A stretch of DNA of 64,000 nucleotides from Bacteroidales bacterium (GCA_963663125.2 CAXXNW010000007.1:1327408-1391407), one strand, 5' to 3'; positions 38,200-48,048 are shown, counted from the first letter of the stretch. The notes: a model not told the origin generated them from the letters alone. Numbers and translations: made by a program.

Positions 38200-39438
38200 A
38201 TGAAATCCAGAGAACGTATTCTTTCCGCAATCAATCACAAACAACCCGACCGGATTCCTATCGACCTTGGTGCTACCCCTAGTTCAGGTATATCTGTGGT
38301 TGCCTATAATAATTTGATCAAATATCTAGGACTTAACCTGCAAAATCATGTCTACGATGTTGTTCAGGAAGTTACACAGCCAGAAATGGAACTGCTTGAT
38401 ATGTTTAAAGTTGACGTTCTCGATATTGGAAGATATTTTAACAGTTCAGAGAATTACTGGCATAAACTTGAGCTGATAAAGGGGGTTCCGGGACTTTATC
38501 CCAAATGGTTTAATCCTGATAAGCAACCTGATGGAAGTTGGCTGGCCCCTGGTCCTAGTGGTGAGTATATTGGGAAAATGCCTGCCGGCGCTACTTTCTT
38601 CGACCAACTTATTTTTCCTTATTTGGATGGATACCCTGATAACTATAACAACATTAGTTATGATATGACGCGAGTCAGTTGGGGTGGATTCGGCTTCCCA
38701 CCATTCGATCGGACTAATGAAAAAGATTTCTGGAAATTGCTTAGAGAAACTATTATTGAAGAACGGTTGAAAACTGATAGGGCTTTGCTGGTCGGTGTGG
38801 GATGCAACTTGTTTGAATGGGGTACTTTTCTCCGGAGAATTGATAATTTTCTTATGGATTTGTATATAGATCCTGATAATGTTCACAAGCTCCTTGATAA
38901 ACTTCTTGAAATGCATCTTGATTTCCTCTCAAAGATTTGTGAAGCAGTGGGAGATTTAGTTGATGTAATAAAATTTGGTGATGACCTTGGAACCAATACC
39001 GGTCCCTTTATGCCGGCTGAAATATATAATGAGTTTTTCAAACCGCGGCATAAAATAATGTGTGACTATGTAAAAGCTCATTCTTCGGCACATACAATGC
39101 TTCATTGTTGCGGAGGTATATATGAACTTATCCCTGAATTGATTGAAGCCGGATTCGAAATCCTTAACCCTATCCAACTCAATGCGGTTGATATGGAGCC
39201 CGAGCGTCTGAAAAAAGAATTCGGCAGAGAGTTAACCTTTTGGGGAGGTGGAGTAAATACACAAAGCGTTCTTAATCTGGCTACACCTGAACAGGTAAAA
39301 ACACATGTGAAACATAATCTAGAGGTCTTCTCAAAAGACGGGGGATTTATATTTAACACCGTTCATAATATTATGCCCGATGTTCCTCCACAGAATATAA
39401 TAGCAATGTTTGAAGCTGTCCAGGAATTTAACAAATAA
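38200..39438 (+). CDS. Uroporphyrinogen-decarboxylase (URO-D)/MtaA-CmuA-superfamily protein, putative substrate:corrinoid methyltransferase
   Basis: 412 aa. N-terminus SRERILSAINHKQPDRIPIDLG, then FGDDLGTNTGPFMPAEIYNEFFKP, MLHCCGGIYELIPELIEAGFEILNPIQ, WGGGVNTQ. This is a URO-D-fold TIM-barrel pattern. It is the first gene of a corrinoid operon. Confidence 0.7.
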   Translation: MKSRERILSAINHKQPDRIPIDLGATPSSGISVVAYNNLIKYLGLNLQNHVYDVVQEVTQPEMELLDMFKVDVLDIGRYFNSSENYWHKLELIKGVPGLYPKWFNPDKQPDGSWLAPGPSGEYIGKMPAGATFFDQLIFPYLDGYPDNYNNISYDMTRVSWGGFGFPPFDRTNEKDFWKLLRETIIEERLKTDRALLVGVGCNLFEWGTFLRRIDNFLMDLYIDPDNVHKLLDKLLEMHLDFLSKICEAVGDLVDVIKFGDDLGTNTGPFMPAEIYNEFFKPRHKIMCDYVKAHSSAHTMLHCCGGIYELIPELIEAGFEILNPIQLNAVDMEPERLKKEFGRELTFWGGGVNTQSVLNLATPEQVKTHVKHNLEVFSKDGGFIFNTVHNIMPDVPPQNIIAMFEAVQEFNK

Positions 39439-39537
39439 ACTCGATATCTAAATTATTCTAAGAAATTAATATTATCATCCTACTGAAGCCGTAAACAAAC
39501 ACAATTTAAAATAAAAGTAATATCTAAAATAAATACA

Positions 39538-40206
39538 ATGAACGAGTTACTTGAAAGACTATCATTAGCGATAGAATCCGGAAAAATAAACAAGGTATCT
39601 CCATTCCCACCTTCAATGAAGGGAATGGACGGAGCAGACGAATTATGCCTGCAAGCTGTTGAATCAGGTATTAATCCCAATGTGATATTAAACGACGCCT
39701 TGATAACCGGGATGGACCGTATCGGACAGAAGTTTTCAGAAGGCAAAGCCTATGTGCCCGAGATGCTGATTTCGGCAAAAGCAATGACAGCAGCGATGAA
39801 ACACATCAAACCGTTTTTTGTTTCAGGCGAGATTGTACGTAAAGGGGTGATTGCCGTTGGTACGGTAATGGGTGACCTGCACGATATAGGGAAAAATATT
39901 GTAGCCATGACGCTGGAAGGTGCCGGATGGGAGGTTATTGACCTTGGAACAGATGTTAGTGGCGAGAAGTTTATGGAGGTTATTGAAAAACATCCTGATT
40001 GCGCTATTGGTATATCGGCACTATTAACCACCACTATGGCCAATATGGAGAAAATCGTTAAAGAAATTAAAAATAAATATCCTAACAATAGAATTCTTGT
40101 AGGAGGCGCACCGCTTTCAATGGAGTTCTGTCAAAAAATAGGCGCCGATTTTTATTCCTCTTCCCCACAAGGAGCAGTAGAATATCTTAAAAAAATGGTG
40201 GCTTAG
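39538..40206 (+). CDS. Corrinoid (cobalamin-binding) methyl-carrier protein
   Basis: 222 aa. An N-terminal helical cap, then a Rossmann B12-binding domain with DLHDIG (D-x-H-x-x-G, nt 39874-39891), GISALLTTT (S-x-L) and LVGGAPL (GG). Confidence 0.88.
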   Translation: MNELLERLSLAIESGKINKVSPFPPSMKGMDGADELCLQAVESGINPNVILNDALITGMDRIGQKFSEGKAYVPEMLISAKAMTAAMKHIKPFFVSGEIVRKGVIAVGTVMGDLHDIGKNIVAMTLEGAGWEVIDLGTDVSGEKFMEVIEKHPDCAIGISALLTTTMANMEKIVKEIKNKYPNNRILVGGAPLSMEFCQKIGADFYSSSPQGAVEYLKKMVA

Positions 40207-40253
40207 TTTGAGGTAATCGCAGAAACGATCTTAAATAAATATAAAATACAATT

Positions 40254-41264
40254 ATGATAAAAAATGCCGCATGGATAAAAACGTTGCTTATTTCGAATAA
40301 ACGATATGCTATCCCAATTATGACGCATCCCGGTATCGATTTGATAGGAGCAACAGTAAAAGATGCTGTTACCAATGGTGATGTTCATTATCAAGCTATT
40401 GATGCTCTTTACGGAAAATATTCTGCCGATGCCGTTACTATGATTATGGACCTGACTGTAGAAGCTGAAGCCTTTGGCAGTAACATCAATAAGCCTGAAC
40501 ATGAAGTGCCTTCAGTGTTAAGTCGGATTGTATCTGATGCCGCTTCGGTTGATGCTCTCAGGGTGCCGACGTTAAATGAGGGACGTGTTCAAGAATATTT
40601 GAAAGCTGCACGTCTGGCTGCTCAAAACATTTCTGACAAGCCCGTTTTTGCCGGTTGTATAGGTCCCATATCATTGGCCGGTAGGCTTTACGATATGTCG
40701 GAACTGATGATGTCACTTTATATGGAGCCTGATGTTATTGAAATACTTCTTCAAAAATGTACCGAGTTTATCCTTAAGTACATTCTTGCTTTCAAAGAAA
40801 CCAAGGTAAACGGTATTATAATAGCCGAACCGGCTGCCGGATTATTATCGGAAGATATGTGCAATGAGTTTTCCTCGAAATATATCCGTCAGATTATAGA
40901 TCAGGTACAGGACGAAAATTTTATGGTCATCCTTCACAATTGCGGAAACAAAGGTCATCTAACTCAATCTATGATTTCTACAGGTGCTAAAGGATTACAT
41001 TTTGGGAACGCTGTCAATATGGTTGATGCACTTACCGAAATTCCATCGGATATTATAGCTATGGGAAATCTCGACCCGGTAAACATGTTTAAAATGATGA
41101 ATTCTGAAGATTTATACCGTGCTACGACACATCTTTTAAACGAAACAAAAGAGTATCAGAACTTTGTAATTTCTTCGGGTTGCGATACGCCTCCCAATGT
41201 CCCGATTGCGAATATTGATGCTTTTTATAAAGCTGTTGCCGATTTTAATCAATCATTGAAGTGA
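40254..41264 (+). CDS. MtaA/MtbA-like methylcobamide methyltransferase (URO-D family)
   Basis: 336 aa. AIPIMTHPG, IIIAEPAAGLLS, ILHNCGN (H-x-C) and SSGCDTPPNVP (distal Cys), which resembles the zinc site of MtaA-type enzymes. Confidence 0.72.
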   Translation: MIKNAAWIKTLLISNKRYAIPIMTHPGIDLIGATVKDAVTNGDVHYQAIDALYGKYSADAVTMIMDLTVEAEAFGSNINKPEHEVPSVLSRIVSDAASVDALRVPTLNEGRVQEYLKAARLAAQNISDKPVFAGCIGPISLAGRLYDMSELMMSLYMEPDVIEILLQKCTEFILKYILAFKETKVNGIIIAEPAAGLLSEDMCNEFSSKYIRQIIDQVQDENFMVILHNCGNKGHLTQSMISTGAKGLHFGNAVNMVDALTEIPSDIIAMGNLDPVNMFKMMNSEDLYRATTHLLNETKEYQNFVISSGCDTPPNVPIANIDAFYKAVADFNQSLK

Positions 41265-41947
41265 AAGTAGAAACAATACAAACCATTCCTTTCGATAAGC
41301 TAAAACTATCTCGCGAAGCCATCATTACACTCTTAGGAGGCGAGACAGATTATGTTTTCTTAATGCATGAATATCTTGACGATCTTTTTGAACAAGGCAA
41401 CCGGATATTTAATATTCAAGGCAACTATCAATTATTCGATGCGATATCTTTTAATCAGGCAGCACACGAAATTATCATTGAGGATGTAACTTTTGATGTT
41501 AAGCAGATTGTTTACAATATGCTTAAACGAAGTACTAAAATGGCTGTATTTGTCTGTACGGCAGGAGAAGAAATTCATAACCTGTCACGACAATATATGG
41601 CTGATGGTGACTTGCTGAAAGGGTATGTTTATGATTTGTTCGGATCGGTGGTAGTTGATAGTGCAATGGATCTCATTCAGGAATCACTTAAAACCGAAAT
41701 GAACCTGCAAGGCTATCAAATAACCAACCGATACAGCCCCGGTTACTGTGGATGGAATGTAGACCAGCAAAAGAAGCTATTTAGCCTTCTCAATCAGAAT
41801 TTCGATTTCGTTAAACTAACCGATAGTTGTTTGATGATGCCCATTAAATCGGTAAGTGGAATTATCGGCATCGGCTCTGATGTTAAATACAACGACTATA
41901 CCTGCAACATCTGCAATTTACAGAACTGTTTGTACAAAAAACGCTGA
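41261..41947 (+). CDS. Stand-alone MetH-type (vitamin-B12-dependent methionine synthase) activation-domain protein
   Basis: 228 aa. The GTG start overlaps the upstream stop (GTGA at 41261-41264). RYSPGYCGW resembles the RPAPGYPA AdoMet-binding motif of the MetH reactivation domain. SVSGIIGIG lies near the C-terminus. Confidence 0.6.
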   Translation: MKVETIQTIPFDKLKLSREAIITLLGGETDYVFLMHEYLDDLFEQGNRIFNIQGNYQLFDAISFNQAAHEIIIEDVTFDVKQIVYNMLKRSTKMAVFVCTAGEEIHNLSRQYMADGDLLKGYVYDLFGSVVVDSAMDLIQESLKTEMNLQGYQITNRYSPGYCGWNVDQQKKLFSLLNQNFDFVKLTDSCLMMPIKSVSGIIGIGSDVKYNDYTCNICNLQNCLYKKR

Positions 41948-41965
41948 TTACTTAATGTAATCAGC
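41943..41965 (+). terminator. Hairpin overlapping the stop codon of the corrinoid operon
   Basis: gctgattac (41943-41951) pairs with gtaatcagc (41957-41965). A T-run (gattttt) appears only about 10 nt later, so it is a weak terminator candidate. Confidence 0.4.
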
Positions 41966-42460
41966 ATAGGTATGATTTTTAATAGTGATCTCGAGGAAAC
42001 TATTTTCCCTTTTATCTGCTAGTTTTCTAAAATACTATTGTAGTCAAATAGAAACTCATATTGTAACGATATTTAGACCATGCATCAAGTGCTTTACTTC
42101 TAGAAAAGTAAGTACTGAATGGAGACTTTCATTTTTTCTGTTTAAATCTCAGGGAGGTATTTTTCTATTTTCCGGTATTGTTGACTACAGCTCACGGCTT
42201 GAAAACCGTTGTGGAAATACTCCATTCAATAATCTATTGTTAATCAATACAATCTCAAAAAAAGGTGCAACCAAACAAAATCGTAAGTCTAATTTTTTGG
42301 TAACGTTCTGTTACCAATAGCTACTGTCATGGCTTTAACTAATCAACATTTACTAAAACCTTGAAAAAAATTTTACGCTGAATTGCTGAATTTTCTTGAA
42401 TAAAACTAAAAGAGTATCTTTGGACTTTTAAGAAGAATGCAAAAAAAATAAATCGTAATA

Positions 42461-43054
42461 ATGAAAACTGAAAAAGATGTTTTTCTAATTGAACGATTAC
42501 AAAAAGGTGATGTTGCTGCTTTCGAACATCTTTTTCATACATACTATTCCGAATTATGCCGTTATACATTACTCTTTATTGATGATGAGACAGCTGCAGA
42601 AAATATAGTTCAGGATTTATTCATTTATATATGGGAACATCGTGAAACTATCGAATTCCAATTATCTTATAGAAACTATCTATTTCAGGCGGCACGTTAC
42701 AAAGTACTGAACTATAAAAGAAATAATGCCTTACAGGAAAGGAAACGAGAAGAAATTGGCAAAAAGACATCTAATATTGATAATTTTAGGACTGAAGAAG
42801 CTATAGAATTAAAAGAGCTTAACCGCATTATTGAAGAAGCTATTGCTCTTCTACCCGATAAGTGTCAACAAATTTTTCGGTTAAGTCGTAAAGATGAATT
42901 AAGCTATCATGAAATTGCTGAACTTATGCTTATCTCTGAAAGTACGGTTAAGAACCATATCAGTACGGCCATAAAAAAAATCAGATCATATATCCGCCTT
43001 TTCTATCCGGATGTTTATATCTTACTGTTTTTGCTTGGGAATCATAAAATATAG
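42461..43054 (+). CDS. ECF-type RNA polymerase sigma-70 factor
   Basis: 197 aa. Region 2 (FEHLFHTYYSELCRYTLLFIDDETAAENIVQDLFIYIWE) and region 4 (LPDKCQQIFRLSRKDELSYHEIAELMLISESTVKNHISTAIKKI). Confidence 0.9.
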   Translation: MKTEKDVFLIERLQKGDVAAFEHLFHTYYSELCRYTLLFIDDETAAENIVQDLFIYIWEHRETIEFQLSYRNYLFQAARYKVLNYKRNNALQERKREEIGKKTSNIDNFRTEEAIELKELNRIIEEAIALLPDKCQQIFRLSRKDELSYHEIAELMLISESTVKNHISTAIKKIRSYIRLFYPDVYILLFLLGNHKI

Positions 43055-43402
43055 AAATGTGATTTTTTTGTATACTTTTCTTGTAACTCACACAAAAACT
43101 ATATCTCTGTATTAGAAAGACTATCGTCAAGGTCGTAAAAATTCGCATTTATAGAAAAAGTATTTTGTAGTCATATACCTTTAAATTTCTAGGGTAACTG
43201 TCTTTATGTTTAGAAGTTGCTCGATATTGATAGAAAAGAGAAAGAATAAATCCTTTAAAGGGTTGATCCAGAACAATAATACCCTTTTATTGTACACTTA
43301 CAAACAGGTTTCAAAACAATTAAAATCCATATATCATTTTTTTAAGATCACATATAGGAGTAACATCCTTTTTAAGTGCCTTATTGATATAAAAGAAAAA
43401 AA

Positions 43403-44536
43403 ATGAAACAGATTCCGTGGCAACTATTGAAAAAACTGATAAAAGGCCAATTATCGGATGAAGAACGATTACGAGTTGATGAATGGATACATGAAGATAG
43501 CGAAAATGCTTTTATTGTAGATGAATTAGCTGAAAAAATGCGAAATGGCATTTCTTATCCCGGTGATTTTGATCCTGATGAAGAATCGGCATGGCAGAAG
43601 ATGAAAATCCGTTTGCAATTTTCAGGAGCGTTTATTTATACCAGAAAACAGTTATACCGTTTTGCAGCAATAATTATCATTCCACTTATGCTGGCAGGAT
43701 TTGCAGGTGGAGTTTTCTTAAAGCATGATATTAAAAGCATTTTAACTGCTGAAACTTTTACTGTTATCTATTCTCCGGGTGGTCAAAAAACACTGATCAC
43801 CTTACCCGATAAATCAAAAGTGTGGCTAAATGCAAAAACGACACTCAAATATTCATCAGACTTTAATCAGAAAAATCGTGAGCTCTATCTTGACGGCGAA
43901 GCTTATTTTGATGTTGCCAAAAAGAAAATACCATTTATTGTGCATACCGGTGCAATTAATTTAAAAGTGTTAGGGACAGCTTTTAATGTTAAATGTTACA
44001 GCGATGAAAAGACTGTTGAAGCTACGCTGGTTCGTGGTTCATTAAAAATCGAAAAATTTTCTACAGTAAACGGACTTAGCGAGGAGGTAATGCTTAAACC
44101 TAATCAGAAAATTATTTTCCAGAAAGAGATTTCAGGTTTGAAAAATGCAGTTACTAATCAAGGGATAAGCGACATACAAACATCTGATGTCGCTATTGCC
44201 AAAAAGACTTTTTTACCAGTAAAAATTGTTGCCTTTTCAAATAATTATAATACAAAAATTTCGACAAGCTGGAAAGAGGGTTTGTTGATTCTTAAGAGTG
44301 AAAAGCTAGAAGATCTGGCCACAAAGATTGAACGCAGATATGATGTTCAGATCATATTTGACAATGATGAAATCAAAAAATTTGAGTATTCAGGTACCTT
44401 ACACGAATTAAGTCTGGAACAATTGATGAATGCGCTAAAAATGACATCACCTATTACATTCACGATAAAAGAAAAAACAGTATTCATTAAAGAAAACAAG
44501 GAGGTAAAAGGCAAGTATCAAACCATTACAAATTAA
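43403..44536 (+). CDS. FecR-family anti-sigma factor
   Basis: 377 aa. An N-terminal cytoplasmic segment, one TM helix (FAAIIIIPLMLAGFAGGVFL), and a periplasmic FecR domain (LPDKSKVWLNAKTTLKY, LDGEAYFDVAKK, FIVHTGAINLKVLGTAFNV). Confidence 0.88.
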   Translation: MKQIPWQLLKKLIKGQLSDEERLRVDEWIHEDSENAFIVDELAEKMRNGISYPGDFDPDEESAWQKMKIRLQFSGAFIYTRKQLYRFAAIIIIPLMLAGFAGGVFLKHDIKSILTAETFTVIYSPGGQKTLITLPDKSKVWLNAKTTLKYSSDFNQKNRELYLDGEAYFDVAKKKIPFIVHTGAINLKVLGTAFNVKCYSDEKTVEATLVRGSLKIEKFSTVNGLSEEVMLKPNQKIIFQKEISGLKNAVTNQGISDIQTSDVAIAKKTFLPVKIVAFSNNYNTKISTSWKEGLLILKSEKLEDLATKIERRYDVQIIFDNDEIKKFEYSGTLHELSLEQLMNALKMTSPITFTIKEKTVFIKENKEVKGKYQTITN

Positions 44537-44539
44537 AAA

Positions 44540-44569
44540 CCACGGAAAATAGTGAGATATTTTCCGTGG
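44540..44569 (+). promoter_or_regulatory. Perfect 12-bp-stem hairpin between the anti-sigma gene and the STN-SusC gene
   Basis: ccacggaaaata (44540-44551) is the reverse complement of tattttccgtgg (44558-44569). The loop is 6 nt. It starts 3 nt after the FecR stop and has no T-tract. Confidence 0.5.
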
Positions 44570-44658
44570 AGTACGTTCTCAATTAAACCACAAGGGAGGC
44601 GGGCAGCCATAATCCTTGTAAACAAAAAAGTTTTGTTTAATCTAAACCATTCAAAGTT

Positions 44659-47600
44659 ATGAAAGAAAATTATTGTTCTGGTAACAGGACGACAGAATTT
44701 TTTAAAAAATTTCTTCGTATCATGAAGATAACAGTACTTATTATTATTCTGGGCCTCAGCTCAGTATTTGCAACACCAGTGCATTCTCAAACAGAGAAAG
44801 TTAACCTGGTATTACACAATGCTACTTTAAAGCAGATACTATCTGAAATTGAAAAACAAAGTTCATATAACTTCTTTTACAACGATCATTTTATTGATCT
44901 GAATCAGAGAGTTAGTCTCAACCTAACTAATACTGCCATTCGCGAAGTATTGATGGAGCTATTCCACAATACTAATCTCACTTATAGTGTGATGGAAAAT
45001 AAGTTGATTGTTATCACACCTAAAGAGTTTGCCGATAAACTCAAAGTTCAAGGTGTCGTAACGGACAAATCCGGAAACCCTTTACCAGGTGTTATTGTAA
45101 CATGTAAAGGCACTAATAACAGGGTTGTTACCGATGTTAATGGCAAGTATCTCATTTCCAATATTCCTGAAAAAGGCATTTTACAATTTTCATTTATTGG
45201 AATGAAAAAGCAAGATGTGAATGTTGAGGGAAAATCATTGATGAATGTTATAATGGAGAGTGAAACATCTATTTTGGATGAAGTCGTGGTTGTTGGTTAT
45301 GGAGCTCAAAAAAAAGTGAATTTAACAGGAGCTGTATCAACAGTAAAAAGTGAAGCATTAGTTAAATCCCCTGCTGCAAGTACTGTGAATACATTAGCAG
45401 GAATATTGCCGGGACTGGTAGTCAAACAAACGAGTGGTCAACCTGGTTTTGATCAATCAAATATAAATATTCGAAATTTTGGTAATGCACTCATCATTGT
45501 AGATGGTGTTGAGCAGTCTTTTAATAATATAGATCCAAGTGAGATTGAATCTATTTCAATTTTAAAAGATGCCTCAGCTGCAATATATGGAGCGAGAGCA
45601 GGTAATGGTGTAATATTAGTTACTACAAAACGAGGTACTTTAGGAAAACCTGTGATTACATACAATAGTACTATTACGGGTCAAGCATTTACTAACTTTC
45701 CCGTGCCGGTCAATGCCGGTCAATATGCAACCTTATATCGTGAAGCTCAGATAAATGCTGGCATACCAACTCAACAGTTAAAATATTCGGAACAAGATAT
45801 TGCTAAATACTTTCAGGGGACTGATCCTCAATATCCAAACACAAATTGGACTGATGTCATAATGAAAAAATGGGCTCCGCAACAACAGCATAACATTACT
45901 ATCACAGGAGGAAATGAAAAGGTAAAGTATTATTCATCTCTGGGTTATTTAAATCAGGGTGGAATGTTTAAAGGCAATAACACAGGTTATGAACGATATA
46001 ATGTTCGGTCTAATTTGGATGTTGCTATAAACTCAGCGTTAACAATGTCTTTGGATTTAACTGCGATTAAAGAAAATGTAAAACAATCTTCCAGACCATC
46101 TTCACAGGAGTGGTTCTGGATGGATTTTTTAGATTGTACTCCAACATCACCTGCATCATTTCCAGATAAGACTAAAGTTCCACACATTTCTCCCGGACCA
46201 TATAATGCTATAATTAATACATCCGAGGAATTGGGAGGGTATGATAAAACTTTTAATACTTCACTAAACGGAGCAGTGACTTTAAAATATAAAGTTAAAT
46301 CTATTGACGGTTTAAATATAAAGTTTAAGATGAATTATTCCCAGGTTTTGAATGATGAGAAACTTTGGAGAAAGCAATGTAATGTATGGGACTATGATTA
46401 TGCTTCTACCACATATTCTTTGTATGGGACATCGGAAGCAACGCAATTAACTCAAACATATAATAGTAATCAAATTATTACAGGTCAATTCTCATTTAAC
46501 TATGATCATGTTTTTAATGAGAAACATTCAATTAGTGCTTTGTTATTGTATGAAGGAATTGACTATTCTGGAAAAAACTTTTCTGCATTTCGCCAAAATT
46601 ATTTAACAAGTGCAATTGACCAACTTTTTGCGGGAGGAACTATAGATCAGCAGGCTAACGGATCAGCTTCTGAATCTGGACGCGAAAGTCTTGTCAGCAG
46701 ATTTAATTATGGTTATAAGGGAAAGTATTTAATGGAGGCAACAGTTCGCTATGATGGTTCACCGAATTTTCCAAAGAACAAAAGATGGGGAACATTCCCA
46801 AGTATTTCTGCTGGATGGCGTATCTCGGAAGAATCATTCATAAAAGATAATATAAGCTGGATTAGTAACTTAAAACTTCGTGGAGGTATTAGTCAGACCG
46901 GTTATGATGGAATAGCTGCTTATCAATATCTTACCGGGTACAGGTTTTCAGGTCTTTATGTTGTGAATGGTAAAGAAGTTCCAGCACTTAGCTCAATTGG
47001 CTTACCAAATACTAATATTACTTGGGAAACGATGACTCTATCAAATATAGGACTTGATTTTTCTGTTTTTAATGGGAAAATTTATTCAGAAATAGATGTT
47101 TTCCAACGATTTAGAGATAATATGCTTGGAACTAGATTAACGTCTCTTCCTAATACGTTTGGTGCAAGCTTGCCAGATGAAAACATAAATAGTCAACGAA
47201 CTAGAGGTTTTGAGATTTTATTAGGACACAAAGGAGACATCGGTGATTTTAAATATGACATAAGTGGAAACATCTCTTATGCCAGATCTAAATGGGTTCA
47301 TTTTGATGAGGTAGATTATACTGATCCTGATCAAATACGAATTTATAAAAAATCAGGTCAATGGGTTGATGCAGGGTTTGGTTACAAAAGCGATGGTTTA
47401 TTTACTTCACAAAGTGAAATAGACAATCTGACTTATGATGAGGATGGTCAAGGTAATAAAACATTAAAACCTGGTGATATTAAGTATCTGGACCTCAATC
47501 ATGATGGTAAAATTGATTGGAGAGACTATGCAAAAATTAATGATGGAGGAACTCCTCATATAATGTATGGAATTAACATCAATTTAAAATATAAAAGATT

Positions 47601-48036
47601 CGACTTTAGCATGCTTGCTCAAGGTGCAGCAGACTATACTGTACAATTAGAGGCTGGTAATATTAATATTGATTCTCAAAGAACTCCGACTATGGTTATC
47701 TGGAATGAAAGATGGACATCGGAAAATAATAACAAAAATGCGATTATACCCGAGCAAAAATTTGGACAAACAACCAATAACTGGAATTCTGACTACTGGA
47801 ACAAAAATGCGTCTTATCTTAGGTTGAAGAATGTTAATTTAGGCTATACATTTGATCCCAGATTATTACATAAAGTGGGTATTGATCAGCTCCGTATATT
47901 TATTACAGGCACTAATCTGTTTACAATAAGTAAACTTCAAAAATATGGCCTTGACCCGGAATCACCTGATGCCACTAGAGGATGGACATATCCAATTCAA
48001 AAAACACTATCAATAGGACTAAATGTGAATTTGTAA
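44659..48036 (+). CDS. SusC-family TonB-dependent transducer with an N-terminal STN signalling extension
   Basis: 1125 aa; an alternative start is the ATG at 44722. STN domain (LHNATLKQILSEIEKQSSYNFFY...LIVITPK), carboxypeptidase-regulatory-like domain (VQGVVTDKSGNPLPGVIVT), plug (VVVVGYGAQKK, ISILKDASAAIYGARAGNGVILVTTKRG), then a barrel. Confidence 0.93.
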   Translation: MKENYCSGNRTTEFFKKFLRIMKITVLIIILGLSSVFATPVHSQTEKVNLVLHNATLKQILSEIEKQSSYNFFYNDHFIDLNQRVSLNLTNTAIREVLMELFHNTNLTYSVMENKLIVITPKEFADKLKVQGVVTDKSGNPLPGVIVTCKGTNNRVVTDVNGKYLISNIPEKGILQFSFIGMKKQDVNVEGKSLMNVIMESETSILDEVVVVGYGAQKKVNLTGAVSTVKSEALVKSPAASTVNTLAGILPGLVVKQTSGQPGFDQSNINIRNFGNALIIVDGVEQSFNNIDPSEIESISILKDASAAIYGARAGNGVILVTTKRGTLGKPVITYNSTITGQAFTNFPVPVNAGQYATLYREAQINAGIPTQQLKYSEQDIAKYFQGTDPQYPNTNWTDVIMKKWAPQQQHNITITGGNEKVKYYSSLGYLNQGGMFKGNNTGYERYNVRSNLDVAINSALTMSLDLTAIKENVKQSSRPSSQEWFWMDFLDCTPTSPASFPDKTKVPHISPGPYNAIINTSEELGGYDKTFNTSLNGAVTLKYKVKSIDGLNIKFKMNYSQVLNDEKLWRKQCNVWDYDYASTTYSLYGTSEATQLTQTYNSNQIITGQFSFNYDHVFNEKHSISALLLYEGIDYSGKNFSAFRQNYLTSAIDQLFAGGTIDQQANGSASESGRESLVSRFNYGYKGKYLMEATVRYDGSPNFPKNKRWGTFPSISAGWRISEESFIKDNISWISNLKLRGGISQTGYDGIAAYQYLTGYRFSGLYVVNGKEVPALSSIGLPNTNITWETMTLSNIGLDFSVFNGKIYSEIDVFQRFRDNMLGTRLTSLPNTFGASLPDENINSQRTRGFEILLGHKGDIGDFKYDISGNISYARSKWVHFDEVDYTDPDQIRIYKKSGQWVDAGFGYKSDGLFTSQSEIDNLTYDEDGQGNKTLKPGDIKYLDLNHDGKIDWRDYAKINDGGTPHIMYGININLKYKRFDFSMLAQGAADYTVQLEAGNINIDSQRTPTMVIWNERWTSENNNKNAIIPEQKFGQTTNNWNSDYWNKNASYLRLKNVNLGYTFDPRLLHKVGIDQLRIFITGTNLFTISKLQKYGLDPESPDATRGWTYPIQKTLSIGLNVNL

Positions 48037-48048
48037 AACGAATCAATT

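Noticed and set aside
41985-42320. A 111-aa ORF in the gap between the corrinoid operon and the ECF sigma gene.
   Set aside because: It starts with a non-ATG codon. It is Phe/Ser/Leu/Lys-rich with no motifs, no promoter-like box and no coupling to neighbours. It is more likely non-coding spacer carrying the sigma promoter. A hairpin, ttggtaac/gttaccaa at about 42297-42317, has no T-tract.
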